Shown: positions 49,234 through 61,053 of the stretch, one piece after another
Numbering within the stretch: the stretch's first letter is position 1
How the letters are laid out: the number at the start of each line of letters is the position of its first letter
Source: Pseudomonadota bacterium
GTDB lineage: Bacteria > Desulfobacterota > Desulfobacteria > Desulfobacterales > RPRI01
Assembly (NCBI GenBank): GCA_043825875.1
Contig: JBDRRF010000067.1
Location: 32,001-96,000 of the forward strand
Direction of reading: 5' to 3'
Length of the DNA stretch: 64,000 nucleotides
Made by a program: the position numbers and the translations under genes
Notes under the pieces: generated by a model
What the model saw: the letters and a program-made list of their open reading frames with translations, nothing else
The model's database searches: none
What the model was told of the DNA's origin: nothing

Positions 49234-49497
49234 TTATGCAACATGCAAATTTAAATTCAGCGCGTCACATACTTTTATGTAAGTTACGATATTGCAGTTA
49301 GCTCCGTTCTCGATCTTAGAAAGTTGCTGCTGTGTAACTTGCGCTTTTTTTGCAAGTTGTATTTGTGATAATCCCGCCTTTTCCCTTGCCTCGGCAATCT
49401 TAATTGCAAGCTCGATCTGTTTTTTTTCTTTTTCAAAGGCTGCCTTAAATTTCGGGTCATTCATTTTTTCATTAAGTTTTCCTCTAAATGTTTTCAT
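49234..49497 (-). CDS. XRE-family HTH protein (HigA-like antitoxin), orphan
   Basis: DPKFKAAFE...AREKAGLSQIQLAKKAQVTQQQLSKIENG. Confidence 0.85.
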   Translation of the reverse strand: MKTFRGKLNEKMNDPKFKAAFEKEKKQIELAIKIAEAREKAGLSQIQLAKKAQVTQQQLSKIENGANCNIVTYIKVCDALNLNLHVA

Positions 49498-49888
49498 TAT
49501 ATATCCACTATGAATTACTTGTGAGCATGTGGCAAATCAAAGAAAAAGCTCTTTCAGTTTTTCCGTGTTTCCCTTCAATTCATCCGGTTTGCCCAACAGC
49601 TAAAAATGTTCAGCCAACTTTAACTAAATCTTCCAATAATGCTCACCCCTCATGTTCGGTCCTTTATGTTCAACTTTCTGCCAATCATAAAAATATATAG
49701 CAATTTGATAGTGCTAAATCACTACTGGGTTTATCATTCCAAACTTACCCATAAAGTAACCGCCAATTGGCCTTTTTATTATGCTTTATTACATCAGCGC
49801 CCCATTGCTTAAAAAAGAATAAAACACCTATCATTTTACCCGTTGTTTCAACCTCAATATATCATAAATCTGGCTATAAAGCCTTACA

Positions 49889-50054
49889 TGAGATCATTGA
49901 AAAATAGCCCCTCTCGCTCGATTTCAGTGTAAGGCTTAAATCTCGCACGGAGTGAAGCTTTAGCGCTATCCTTGAAATACTCAATATATTCCTGCGGCTG
50001 AAATTATCACCTTCCTTGAACTTGAGAAAAATTGAAAATTTTTAAGAGGTCTCA
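49889..50054 (+). mobile_element. Diverged MITE-like element, copy 3
   Basis: ATCCTTGAAATACTCAATATATTCCTGCGGCTGAAATT...CCTTGAACTTGA aligns with the core of copy 1. Imperfect TIRs TGAGATC/GGTCTCA and a ~20-bp insert. Confidence 0.6.
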
Positions 50055-50070
50055 ATTTTTTCTCTTTTAG

Positions 50071-50610
50071 TTATTTTATCCAGTTTTCAAATTCAATTTC
50101 AATATCTCCACCAGAGATTTCATGAATTGGTGACATTGCATCATCCGTCACAAGTATCAGGTTGTATGCCAATGCAACGGCCGTTATCCAAAGATCATTC
50201 TCCTGTATCTGAAGTTCTTTTGAAGTAGTTGGATCTTTCCATTCTTCAATGCGTTTTTTTCCGGCTGACTGACCTTTTTTTCGCCTTGGCGCATATTTAT
50301 CATAAAGCTTTGCCCGGAGTAGAGAATAATGTTGTCGGGCGATATCGCAATCAATAGTCAGGCAAGGATATCTTGTCAGAATACCAGCCAGTTGTTTGTA
50401 TTTTTCTTTATGCGGATCAGCAAATGGTCCCACTCTGATACCGTATTCTACTTCTCCGGCTGTGACAGGCGAAAGAAGTATTCTGGCGTTTTTCGGCAAC
50501 GATTCAAGCTTCTCTCTTAACTGAATGCATTCACTGCTTTGACTGCCTGCTTCCAGTTCATGAATATATCGAATAATATTGGTGTCAAGCAAATAGTCTT
50601 TCTGTTTCAT
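50071..50610 (-). CDS. PIN-domain (VapC-like) ribonuclease with a basic insertion
   Basis: LLDTNII, GEVEYG, ENDLWI and LVTDD acidic motifs. ATG 50610 overlaps the upstream TGA (ATGA). Confidence 0.88.
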   Translation of the reverse strand: MKQKDYLLDTNIIRYIHELEAGSQSSECIQLREKLESLPKNARILLSPVTAGEVEYGIRVGPFADPHKEKYKQLAGILTRYPCLTIDCDIARQHYSLLRAKLYDKYAPRRKKGQSAGKKRIEEWKDPTTSKELQIQENDLWITAVALAYNLILVTDDAMSPIHEISGGDIEIEFENWIK

Positions 50611-53141
50611 GGGATTTCCTGCCAAATCTCTTTTATATCCTTAAGCAACTCTTCGTCTGGTTGCTTTTGAATATTTTTCAGAATTTTTTCAGGTGTTGCC
50701 TCCTTATACTGATCCGAAATAAAAATGTGTAAGGGAATCCATGAAGCGTTTTCCGGGGGGATATAGCCCTTGAATTCAAAAGGTACTTTTCTTCGAGTAT
50801 CGCCCCAAAATAAATCGAGCAACTGTCTTTCCAGTTTTGGAGGCAGGTTGTATAGCTTTAGTATCTCCGCATCAATATGGAAAAGAAGTTCCTTTGCAGC
50901 TTCAGGGTCTGTATATTGAGTTGCTATATATTTGTTCACCAAAGATTGAATGAATAAATCAGCTTTTTCAAAATTTAGTGGAACAGGTATGGAGCTATAA
51001 ACTCTTGCAGAGATGTTCCGTTGGAAACTATGGGCGTAAACAAATGCTTGTGCAATAGGTGAATTTAGCAGAGCTGCCAGTAATTCTACATTTATAGTTT
51101 TTTGAGTTGGCCAAATTACGTAAAACATACGGCTGACAATACGGCCAGTATTGTCAGTTGCAGCAGCATATCGCCATGGGCCTCTCGAAGTACGCGCTGT
51201 CGGCACAAGTACTTTAGGAAGATCCCAGTCCAAATCCCAGGCGCCTATCGCCCGTTTTCTTCTCAATTTTTCATTCGTATCTAAATAAACAATATCCTCT
51301 GCCACAAATGTTCTAAAACCTTCGCTTACTTCGTAAATTCCCGGTCTTGATTCTGGAAAGGGTTTTGCCTGAATCACTTCATGACGTCTGTTTTTAATAA
51401 TACCTGATTCATATTCAACTCCCTTTTTTATATCTATATATTTTTCGAGTTTAGGCAACACACCCAGATAACTCCATACTTCCCTTAACACAGGAACAAT
51501 CAGCCTGTTTTGCTGATTTTCTGAGAAATAGATTTGCGGGACTTTGTCTTCCCATGTGGCTTCTGCATTCAAACGAAACCTTTCTTTGTGATGATCTTTT
51601 ACTTCCCGATAGGTTGTCAGATTACCCTTTTTTGCTTTACGCTTCCTGGCCACAAGTATAGCTGTTTCAGCTTCAGAATGAAGAAATATTTTATCAGGAA
51701 GAGCGGCTAAGGTTAGTATTTCAAAATCTTTAAGCAAAATGGATCGTTCGTTTCGATAATCTTTCCCGTCAAGAAAAGACCGCGGTAAAACCATGCCGAT
51801 CATACCTGCCTGAGATATTGCAGGAAGAGCTCTTTTTAAAAGATATGCCGGTTTTGGCTGCTCCTTACCATTTACAATAAGTTTCTCAAAAGGCGGGTTG
51901 CCGATAAGAATTGTTGTTTCGGAAGTATTTTGTTCAAGAATCTTTCCTGAAAAAATATCCGCACGTTGCAAGTCCCAGCTGTTGGATTCCGGGAAATCGG
52001 CCAGCATCAAACACATTCGTGCAACTTCAATGGAAAAAGCATCAATCTCTATACCGTGCAGTTTATCAACAAAGAATTGATGACGCTTTTTGCCGCTCCA
52101 GTTCGCCGGCAGCAGTTCCCGCATACGCCTCATGGCTGCAATCAAAAATATTCCGTGCCCGCATGTTGGGTCCAGAAAATTCCATTCGTTTCTCGGCAAT
52201 TCTTCAATTGGAAGCTGAGAGACAACATACTCCGCCACATATGACGGCGTGCTGTGAATTCCCATCTCTTTCCGGCTTTTTTCGGTGACAAAAGTATTTT
52301 CATATATGTATGTGAGAGTATCCACCGATATGTTTTTTAATGAAAAGATCCCACCAATTTCATCTGACATACAGCTTAATATGTCTTTAGGTATGTTTTT
52401 TATTAAAGGTTTTTCAGAGCTTCCGTAATATCCTGAAACAATTTTCAATATTTGATCCGGGGATTTGAAATCGATATCGTTTGACTGTGGGATTGAGCTG
52501 TCTTTTATCAACTTTGCGGTAAGAAACCGAAATAATACCTGGAATATTTTTTGTGCATCAAATTTTATTTTATCTTTTAGATGCGCCTGTTCAACAACGT
52601 AAAGAATTCCTTTGATAACTCCATCCAGTTTTCTTGATGCTTCCGTCTCAAGTGCGGGCATTAATCCAATATCAACAAAATCAAGTTGTCTTGGTCCAGG
52701 TTTTTTGAAACCGGTTTTTGCACGAATCATCACTTCCGGTTCCCAAATCTCTTTTTTGCTTTTAATGAAATTTGGAAGCTGATCTGTTTTAATTTCATCT
52801 TCCGGAATTAATCGCTGCCCAGTGTTACGCCAGGTTCGTGTGATTCCATTTTGTATGATAAAGATGACAGGTGAACCAAAAGCTCGAAATTCATTTATCG
52901 AATCTTCATGAATGTCATCGCGCTTACGGAAATCAACGCCAAAGCAGGCAGAACGATAGTTCAGAGGTTCCTGCCCGAATACGCCAAGCTTAATATGACG
53001 GGTAAAGGCTGCTTTTTCAAAAAAATCGGCAAATTCATAATCAGACCGAATTAGGTGATTTTTATAACCGATTTCTTTGAAAGCCGCTATTATTGGGCTT
53101 AAGTCTGTTGTGATATCTCCTGTATGCTGGATATTAATCAT
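50607..53141 (-). CDS. N6-adenine DNA methyltransferase, type IIG/Eco57I-like architecture (844 aa)
   Basis: GIHSTP (motif X), LDPTCGHGIFL (I), GIEID and IGNPPF (IV); C-terminal TRD-like region (LAALLNS, EIL.LY.L). Confidence 0.88.
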   Translation of the reverse strand: MINIQHTGDITTDLSPIIAAFKEIGYKNHLIRSDYEFADFFEKAAFTRHIKLGVFGQEPLNYRSACFGVDFRKRDDIHEDSINEFRAFGSPVIFIIQNGITRTWRNTGQRLIPEDEIKTDQLPNFIKSKKEIWEPEVMIRAKTGFKKPGPRQLDFVDIGLMPALETEASRKLDGVIKGILYVVEQAHLKDKIKFDAQKIFQVLFRFLTAKLIKDSSIPQSNDIDFKSPDQILKIVSGYYGSSEKPLIKNIPKDILSCMSDEIGGIFSLKNISVDTLTYIYENTFVTEKSRKEMGIHSTPSYVAEYVVSQLPIEELPRNEWNFLDPTCGHGIFLIAAMRRMRELLPANWSGKKRHQFFVDKLHGIEIDAFSIEVARMCLMLADFPESNSWDLQRADIFSGKILEQNTSETTILIGNPPFEKLIVNGKEQPKPAYLLKRALPAISQAGMIGMVLPRSFLDGKDYRNERSILLKDFEILTLAALPDKIFLHSEAETAILVARKRKAKKGNLTTYREVKDHHKERFRLNAEATWEDKVPQIYFSENQQNRLIVPVLREVWSYLGVLPKLEKYIDIKKGVEYESGIIKNRRHEVIQAKPFPESRPGIYEVSEGFRTFVAEDIVYLDTNEKLRRKRAIGAWDLDWDLPKVLVPTARTSRGPWRYAAATDNTGRIVSRMFYVIWPTQKTINVELLAALLNSPIAQAFVYAHSFQRNISARVYSSIPVPLNFEKADLFIQSLVNKYIATQYTDPEAAKELLFHIDAEILKLYNLPPKLERQLLDLFWGDTRRKVPFEFKGYIPPENASWIPLHIFISDQYKEATPEKILKNIQKQPDEELLKDIKEIWQEIP

Positions 53142-53481
53142 TATGTAGAATTAGCCAATAGTTTGATTTGTTAGAAACCTGTAACGGTATAGATATTGAT
53201 GCCTTATTCTATTAAGTCGGTATCATATATTATACAAAAAGATCAATTAAAACTATCTGAAATTTCATATAAAGATACTAAAATCAGTTCTTACAAAAAA
53301 TATACTGCTCATGATAGGTGTGCGGTATAACAAATAAATATAAAAAAGAAAAGACTATATAAGCTTTTGTGGGTGGCTTTTCTTTTATTATTATTTTATT
53401 TTGACAAAATTTTAAGATAATGTGTAACTTCTTTAAAAATATCTGTTACAAAAATTTGAAAAACATGGGGCTGGAGTAAAA

Positions 53482-53667
53482 ATGAAGTATTTTCTTTGTG
53501 TTATCGGGATGGTTATGGTTATTGAAGGGCTTCCGTATTTTGCGTTCCCCGAAAAAATGAAAAAATGGGTTATTAAAATTGTTGAAATGAATGAAAGCTC
53601 TTTAAGGTGGATGGGTTTGTTTTTCATGCTTATCGGTTGCCTGCTTGTTTTTATCGGGAGACAATAG
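53482..53667 (+). CDS. DUF2065 (YjeT-like) small membrane protein
   Basis: GMVMVIEGLPYFAFP...LRWMG. Confidence 0.85.
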   Translation: MKYFLCVIGMVMVIEGLPYFAFPEKMKKWVIKIVEMNESSLRWMGLFFMLIGCLLVFIGRQ

Positions 53668-53669
53668 GC

Positions 53670-54737
53670 GTGTTTTTGTTATCCGATTATGATTACGAAC
53701 TTAGCGAAGAAAATATTGCCCAAAAGCCGGTATCTTGCAGAGATGCGTCCAGGCTTTTGGTTCTTGACAAAAAAACCGGGGCCACTTCTCACCATAACTT
53801 TTTTGAAATATGCGATTTTATTACACCTGAAGATATCATTGTAATAAATAATACAAAGGTAATACCGGGCAGGTTATTCGGGGAAAAAGAAACCGGAGGC
53901 AAAGCTGAAATTCTTATTCTGGATTTTGCAGGCGGAATCACAGAGCAAAAAGAATCCGGGAGTTTTACTTGCGAGTGTCTTGTAAAAACCTCCAAACCTC
54001 CGAAAAAAGGATCATTGATTTTATTCGCAGATAACCTTAAGGCAAAAGTGGTTAATGAAATAAAAAACGGAATTTGCCTGCTAAATTTTTCATCTTCCGA
54101 AAGTTTTGAAGATGTGCTTGGTCAAATCGGTCATATGCCGCTTCCGCCGTATATCAGGCGTGATAAAGACGGCACCCGATTATCCGATGATAAAATTTCA
54201 TATCAGACCGTATATGCCTCAAATAAAGGAGCTGTAGCAGCTCCCACCGCAGGACTTCATTTTACAAAAGACCTTCTTGATAAAATTAAATCAAAAGGCA
54301 TCAAAACAGCGGAAATAACTCTTCATGTGGGTTACGGCACATTTCTTCCTGTAAGGGTAAACGATATCAGGGAGCATAAAATGCATTCCGAGAGATTTCA
54401 TATTCCGCAAGATGCAGCTGATGCAATTAATAAGGTAAGAGAAGAAGGCGGTAAAGTAATCGCTGTTGGAACGACAAGCATCAGAACTCTGGAATATTTC
54501 TGCGATAATAAAGGAAGGGTTAAGGCTGGAAGCGGCCAATGCGATCTTTTTATATATCCGGGATACAGTTTTAAAATTGTTGATTCAATAATTACAAATT
54601 TTCATCTGCCGCGCTCCACCCTTCTAATGCTTGTATCAGCTTTTGCCGGCAGGGAAAAAATTCTTGCTGCTTACAGGGAAGCTGTGCAAAAAGGGTACAG
54701 ATTTTATAGCTACGGAGATGCAATGTTCATTAAATAG
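53670..54737 (+). CDS. queA: S-adenosylmethionine:tRNA ribosyltransferase-isomerase
   Basis: DYDYEL...IAQKP, PLPPYI, AAPTAGLHFT, TNFHLP and YSYGDAM motifs; GTG start at 53670. Confidence 0.97.
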   Translation: MFLLSDYDYELSEENIAQKPVSCRDASRLLVLDKKTGATSHHNFFEICDFITPEDIIVINNTKVIPGRLFGEKETGGKAEILILDFAGGITEQKESGSFTCECLVKTSKPPKKGSLILFADNLKAKVVNEIKNGICLLNFSSSESFEDVLGQIGHMPLPPYIRRDKDGTRLSDDKISYQTVYASNKGAVAAPTAGLHFTKDLLDKIKSKGIKTAEITLHVGYGTFLPVRVNDIREHKMHSERFHIPQDAADAINKVREEGGKVIAVGTTSIRTLEYFCDNKGRVKAGSGQCDLFIYPGYSFKIVDSIITNFHLPRSTLLMLVSAFAGREKILAAYREAVQKGYRFYSYGDAMFIK

Positions 54738-54805
54738 TTGGAGGATAGGCAATTCAGTGTCTGGCGTAAAAGTTTTAATTGATCGATTTAATCCAAAAAT
54801 AATTT

Positions 54806-54912
54806 GAATGTAGAATATAGAATAAGAAATAATGAATGTAGAAGGAAGATAGCAAAGATTAAAAATAAAAAAACTTCATAATTCGAAATTCCTTGTTCAA
54901 TATTCGATATTC
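54806..54912. repeat. Inverted heptamer-period repeat hairpin
   Basis: GAATGTA GAATATA GAATAAG AAATAAT GAATGTA GAAG ... CTTC ATAATTC GAAATTC CTTGTTC AATATTC GATATTC. Confidence 0.7.
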
Positions 54913-54924
54913 GATTTTTTATAA

Positions 54925-56321
<1,397 letters not shown>

Positions 56322-56352
56322 TAATATAAGATATTTTTCTTAGGAGTCCTGT

Positions 56353-57519
56353 ATGATGCAAAGAATAGTAATATGTTGTCTATTGTTTCTTTCAGTTATT
56401 GCCTTATCAGGATGCAAGGAAAAAATTGAACCCGGAACAACTGAAGAAAAAAGTGCTGCAACAGTTAAAGCTGCTGTCCTTATAGCAAAAGCTGTAAACC
56501 AACCTCTTTTTTATGAAACCACAGGAACCATTCATGCCAAGACGGAAAGTATTTTATCAAGCAAACTTTTAGCTGAAATAAAAAAAATAAACGTAAAAGA
56601 AGGCGATACAATTAAAGAAGGTGATGTGCTTGTCCTTCTTGATAACAGCCAGGTAAAAGCTCAGCTCCAGCAGGCCCGGCAGGCAAAAAAAGAAGCGCTG
56701 AATGCATATGATGCAGCAGCATCCGGCGTGGATTCGGCAAGAGCTGCGGCAAAACTTGCCAGTGACACATACAAACGTTTTTTAAATTTGTATAATGATA
56801 ATGCAATAAGCAAGCAGAATTTTGAAGACATTGAAACCAAAAACATTCAGGCAAAAGCGGCTTTGCTTCAGTCAGAGGCGATGGCGCAGGCCGCAGGTAA
56901 CCGTATCAAACAGGCTGAAGCAGCACTTTTATCTGCAAAATCATATGACAAAGATTCTGTAATTTATGCTCCGTATGACGGGCTTGTAACAGCTAAAATG
57001 GTGGAACCCGGAGATCTTGCGTCACCTGGCGTACCTATCATTGGTGTTGAGGAGACTAAGGGTTATTATGCGGAATTTGTTGTTCCTGAAGCCCAGGTAA
57101 AAACCGTAGGTATGGGCTCAAAGGTAAGTATAGTAATCGCGGCATTAAACGATCTTTTACTCGAAGGAACAATTTATACCGTATCTCAGGCAGCAGATTC
57201 CAACACACGTTCTTTCATGTTTAAAGCCTCTTTCACTTCAGACCAATCGGTCCGCTCAGGACTATATGCAAAAGTATTAATTCCCATAGGCAAAAAAGAT
57301 ATACTTTCCGTTCCGTCTTCGTCATTAATCTACCAGGGCCAGTTAACAGGAATATATATTCTTGATGACAAAAACATAGCCCGTTTCAGAGTAATTCGCA
57401 CCGGCAGAACTTTTGCCAAATCCATAGAAGTTCTTTCGGGATTAAATCCCAAAGACCGCTATATATCAAATCCTGACGTAAACATAAAAGATGGTGTCAA
57501 GGTGGAGGCATCCACATGA
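56353..57519 (+). CDS. RND efflux periplasmic adaptor lipoprotein
   Basis: Lipobox LSGC, lipoyl half motifs, alpha-hairpin and APYDG. Confidence 0.92.
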   Translation: MMQRIVICCLLFLSVIALSGCKEKIEPGTTEEKSAATVKAAVLIAKAVNQPLFYETTGTIHAKTESILSSKLLAEIKKINVKEGDTIKEGDVLVLLDNSQVKAQLQQARQAKKEALNAYDAAASGVDSARAAAKLASDTYKRFLNLYNDNAISKQNFEDIETKNIQAKAALLQSEAMAQAAGNRIKQAEAALLSAKSYDKDSVIYAPYDGLVTAKMVEPGDLASPGVPIIGVEETKGYYAEFVVPEAQVKTVGMGSKVSIVIAALNDLLLEGTIYTVSQAADSNTRSFMFKASFTSDQSVRSGLYAKVLIPIGKKDILSVPSSSLIYQGQLTGIYILDDKNIARFRVIRTGRTFAKSIEVLSGLNPKDRYISNPDVNIKDGVKVEAST

Positions 57520-60500
57520 GCAATAAGCTTGGTGTGGCGGGGAAAATAGCAAATTATTTCATAGAATCCAAACTCACGCCTCTTATTATCATAGCTTCCA
57601 TACTTTTGGGCATTGCTTCGGTTATTGCCCTGCCAAGAGAAGAAGAGCCCCAAATCATAGTTCCCATGATAGATATTTTTGTAAGTATGCCTGGGGCAAG
57701 CTCAAAAGAAGTTGAAGAGCGTGTCACATCGCCTATGGAAAAGCTTTTATGGGAAATACCCGGAGTCGAATACATTTATTCCACCTCAAGCCCCGGCATG
57801 TCAATGGCTATAGTACGCTTTTTAGTCGGGCAGAATGAAGAACAAGCTATTGTCAGGCTTCAATCCAAACTTATGGCAAACATGGACCGGATTCCGCATT
57901 CCGTATCGCAGCCTTTGATAAAACCGCGTTATATAGATGATGTGCCCATTCTTGCATTAACCTTTTGGGGAAAAGATGCCGATCACTACTTATTAAGGCG
58001 CGTAGCTGCCGAAGTAGAAAACATCGCAAAGATGGAAGAAAATACTTCTATCACTACAATTATAGGTGGAGAAAAGAGACAGGTTGAGGTAAATATTGAT
58101 CCGGTTAAGCTTTCTGCTTTCGGCATTGATCCTGAACGTGTTTTTTCTATGTTATCTGCCGCAAACCAGAGTTCCGATTCAGGATCTTTTCCATCACTTT
58201 CAGGCCAGACCATAGTTCATACCGGCGGGTTTTTAAATAATGTCGAAGATGTTAAAAAAGTCGTTATTTCCGTTTATAACGGCAAGCCTGTTTATCTGGA
58301 AGAAATTGCTGCAATCACGGACGGCCCCGGCGAACCCGGCCAGTATGTTTTTTTCGGAGCAGGTCCTGCTGCAAAAGAAAAAAATATTTCAAAAGATTCT
58401 TTGCCTAAAGATGCATGCCCGGCAGTTACTCTTACAATAGCCAAAAGAAAGGGCACAAACGCAATTGATGTTGCAAATAAAATACTTGCAAGAATCAAAG
58501 ACGCAAAGGGTACTATCATCCCGGACAATATAAACATGACCATAACAAGGCACTATGGCGAAACTGCAAAAGAAAAGTCGGATGAACTGCTTTTGCATAT
58601 GATGATAGCCATTGTGTCGGTATCAATTCTTATCTGGTTTACATTGGGTCATCGCGAATCAGGTATAGTCGCTCTTGCAATACCTGTTACGCTTGCCTTA
58701 ACTCTTTCTGTATTTTATTTATACGGTTACACATTAAACAGAATTACGCTTTTTGCTCTTATTTTTTCTATAGGAATTCTTGTTGATGATGCAATCGTCA
58801 TTGTTGAAAATATAGTGAGACATTTCAGGTTACCTGAAAATGCAAATCGCCCTAAAATCCTTATTACTATCGAAGCAGTTGATGAAGTCGGAAATCCGAC
58901 CATACTTGCAACCATGACAGTTATCGCCGCCATTTTGCCTATGGCTTTTGTCGGCGGTCTTATGGGTCCTTATATGCGACCGATTCCTGTAGGTGCTTCG
59001 GCAGCAATGGTCTTTTCGCTTATAGTAGCTTTTATAGTCACACCATGGGCTTCCATGAAGCTTATAAGCCACAAGGAAAATGAAACGGCAAAACATGAGA
59101 AAGAAGGATGGAGCACACTGTTTTACCGTAAGGTTATGACTCCACTTATTGAAATACCTTTCTGGCGTTATACGTTTCTTTTGTTGGTGGTAGGTCTTCT
59201 TTTAATCTCCTGTGCTCTTGTTGCGATTAAGAAAGTCCATGTCAAGATGCTTCCTTTCGATAATAAAAGCGAATTTCAGGTCATAATTGATATGCCGGAA
59301 AATTCCACCCTGGAAAATACACTTTCGGCAGCTCTTGAAATGGGTGATTATATAAAAACCGTAAATGAGGTTGTTGACTATGAAATCTATGCCGGTACTG
59401 CGGCGCCTTTCAATTTTAACGGGCTTGTACGCCATTATTTCATGCGTAAAGGAAATAATGTTGCTGACATTCAGGTTAATCTCGTCTCAAAAGGGCAAAG
59501 AAAAGACCAGTGTCATGAGATAGCAAAACGCGTAAGGCCTGCATTGCAAATAATTGCCCAAAAGTATAATGCCAGAATTAAAGTTGCGGAAGTGCCGCCC
59601 GGTCCTCCTGTGTTATCTACACTTGTTGCTGAAATATACGGCCCTGATTACAACCGGCAGCGGCTTATCGCTAAACAAGTTATGAAAATATTTGAGCAAA
59701 CATCAGGGGTTGTTGATGTTGACTGGTACATGGAAGATGATCAGCCAAGGGTGAACATTGAAGTTGACAGGCAAAAGGCAGCACTTCACGGTATCAGCGC
59801 GGCACAAATTGCAAATGTTCTTAGGCTTGCTCTTTCAGGAAGACAAGCCGGCCTTCTTCACCAGCCAAAAGAAAAGGAAGAGGTTCCGATTATGGTAAAA
59901 CTTCCTCTTTCGAAAAGGGCCGGAATTGAACGATTGGAATCCATAAAAATATCTCAACCGGATGGAAAGCTTATATCGCTGTCCAGCCTTGTTAAAATAT
60001 CCGATACAAAAAACGATAAAAGCATATATCATAAAAATCTTATGCCTGTGGTTTATATAACAGGTGATGTAGCAGGTGAGAAAGAAAGCCCTGTTTATGC
60101 CATACTGGAGATGAAAAAAGCTATTGATGCCATATCACTTCCGGAAGGATATAAAATTGTTCAGCATACCGCAGCGCTACCGGAATCGGATCGCCGGTTT
60201 TCCATGAAATGGGATGGAGAATGGCATATCACTTATGAGGTTTTCCGTGATCTGGGAATAGCTTTTGCCGTTGTGCTTATTTTAATATTTGTTCTTGTAG
60301 TCGGATGGTTTCAATCCTTTTCAACCCCTCTTGTAATTATGGCAGCTATTCCGTTTTCCTTAATCGGCATATTGCCCGGACACTGGATAATGGGCGCTTT
60401 CTTTTCGGCAACATCCATGATAGGTTTTATTGCAGGTGCAGGTATTGTTGTACGAAACTCAATAATCCTTGTTGATTTCATTGAACTTCGTGTTTCACAG

Positions 60501-60761
60501 GGCATGCCCCTTGATCTTGCCGTAATTGATGCAGGCGCTGTTAGATTCAGACCGATGATGCTAACTGCGGCTGCTGTTGTTGTAGGAGCTTCGGTAATAT
60601 TGTTTGATCCTATATTCCAGGGGCTTGCCATATCTCTTATGGCCGGCGAAGTCGCTTCTCTTCTTTTCTCACGTATGACTGTTCCTATTTTGTATTATCT
60701 TGATAAACGCTGGGAATCACAGCATTTACATAGTAAGATGTTAAATGATAATTCGACATGA
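57516..60761 (+). CDS. RND efflux permease (AcrB/CzcA superfamily)
   Basis: [35 protein letters not shown] and RFRPMMLT motifs. Confidence 0.95.
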   Translation: MSNKLGVAGKIANYFIESKLTPLIIIASILLGIASVIALPREEEPQIIVPMIDIFVSMPGASSKEVEERVTSPMEKLLWEIPGVEYIYSTSSPGMSMAIVRFLVGQNEEQAIVRLQSKLMANMDRIPHSVSQPLIKPRYIDDVPILALTFWGKDADHYLLRRVAAEVENIAKMEENTSITTIIGGEKRQVEVNIDPVKLSAFGIDPERVFSMLSAANQSSDSGSFPSLSGQTIVHTGGFLNNVEDVKKVVISVYNGKPVYLEEIAAITDGPGEPGQYVFFGAGPAAKEKNISKDSLPKDACPAVTLTIAKRKGTNAIDVANKILARIKDAKGTIIPDNINMTITRHYGETAKEKSDELLLHMMIAIVSVSILIWFTLGHRESGIVALAIPVTLALTLSVFYLYGYTLNRITLFALIFSIGILVDDAIVIVENIVRHFRLPENANRPKILITIEAVDEVGNPTILATMTVIAAILPMAFVGGLMGPYMRPIPVGASAAMVFSLIVAFIVTPWASMKLISHKENETAKHEKEGWSTLFYRKVMTPLIEIPFWRYTFLLLVVGLLLISCALVAIKKVHVKMLPFDNKSEFQVIIDMPENSTLENTLSAALEMGDYIKTVNEVVDYEIYAGTAAPFNFNGLVRHYFMRKGNNVADIQVNLVSKGQRKDQCHEIAKRVRPALQIIAQKYNARIKVAEVPPGPPVLSTLVAEIYGPDYNRQRLIAKQVMKIFEQTSGVVDVDWYMEDDQPRVNIEVDRQKAALHGISAAQIANVLRLALSGRQAGLLHQPKEKEEVPIMVKLPLSKRAGIERLESIKISQPDGKLISLSSLVKISDTKNDKSIYHKNLMPVVYITGDVAGEKESPVYAILEMKKAIDAISLPEGYKIVQHTAALPESDRRFSMKWDGEWHITYEVFRDLGIAFAVVLILIFVLVVGWFQSFSTPLVIMAAIPFSLIGILPGHWIMGAFFSATSMIGFIAGAGIVVRNSIILVDFIELRVSQGMPLDLAVIDAGAVRFRPMMLTAAAVVVGASVILFDPIFQGLAISLMAGEVASLLFSRMTVPILYYLDKRWESQHLHSKMLNDNST

Positions 60762-60833
60762 CCTATGATCTTTATATACAGATTTATAATATACGAATAA
60801 ACCTTATTAAATTTCTGTATTCGGATTAAAACA

Positions 60834-60875
60834 AAGCGAATATTCTAAATACAGAAGCGAATATTCTAAATACAG
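60834..60875 (+). repeat. 21-bp tandem direct repeat x2
   Basis: AAGCGAATATTCTAAATACAG occurs twice, exact. Confidence 0.9.
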
Positions 60876-60929
60876 AAATATATACATATGTATTCATATA
60901 ACTATCTGATATGAATACATATTTAATGT

Positions 60930-60945
60930 TGGCACGATTTGAGCA
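60930..60945 (+). promoter_or_regulatory. sigma54 -24/-12 promoter of the methyltransferase/corrinoid operon
   Basis: TGGCACGATTTGAGCA (GG-N10-GC). Confidence 0.75.
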
Positions 60946-61053
60946 AACAATTATTATAAAATATGATAGCTTTGCACAAAATATTATAAAAATTTATACC
61001 TAAGAAAAAAAAGACACCCATAATGCAAGTTTGCAAAAGGAGGAATGGTTGCA

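Noticed and set aside
49488..49700. 70-aa plus-strand ORF as the missing toxin
   Set aside because: Wrong strand and no RelE/HigB features.
50607..53141. Ordinary type I HsdM or intact type IIG restriction enzyme
   Set aside because: No hsdS or hsdR is nearby and no clear PD-(D/E)xK motif is visible. This is not fully excluded without a structure search.
60834..60875. CRISPR-like repeat
   Set aside because: Only two adjacent units, with no spacer and no cas genes.
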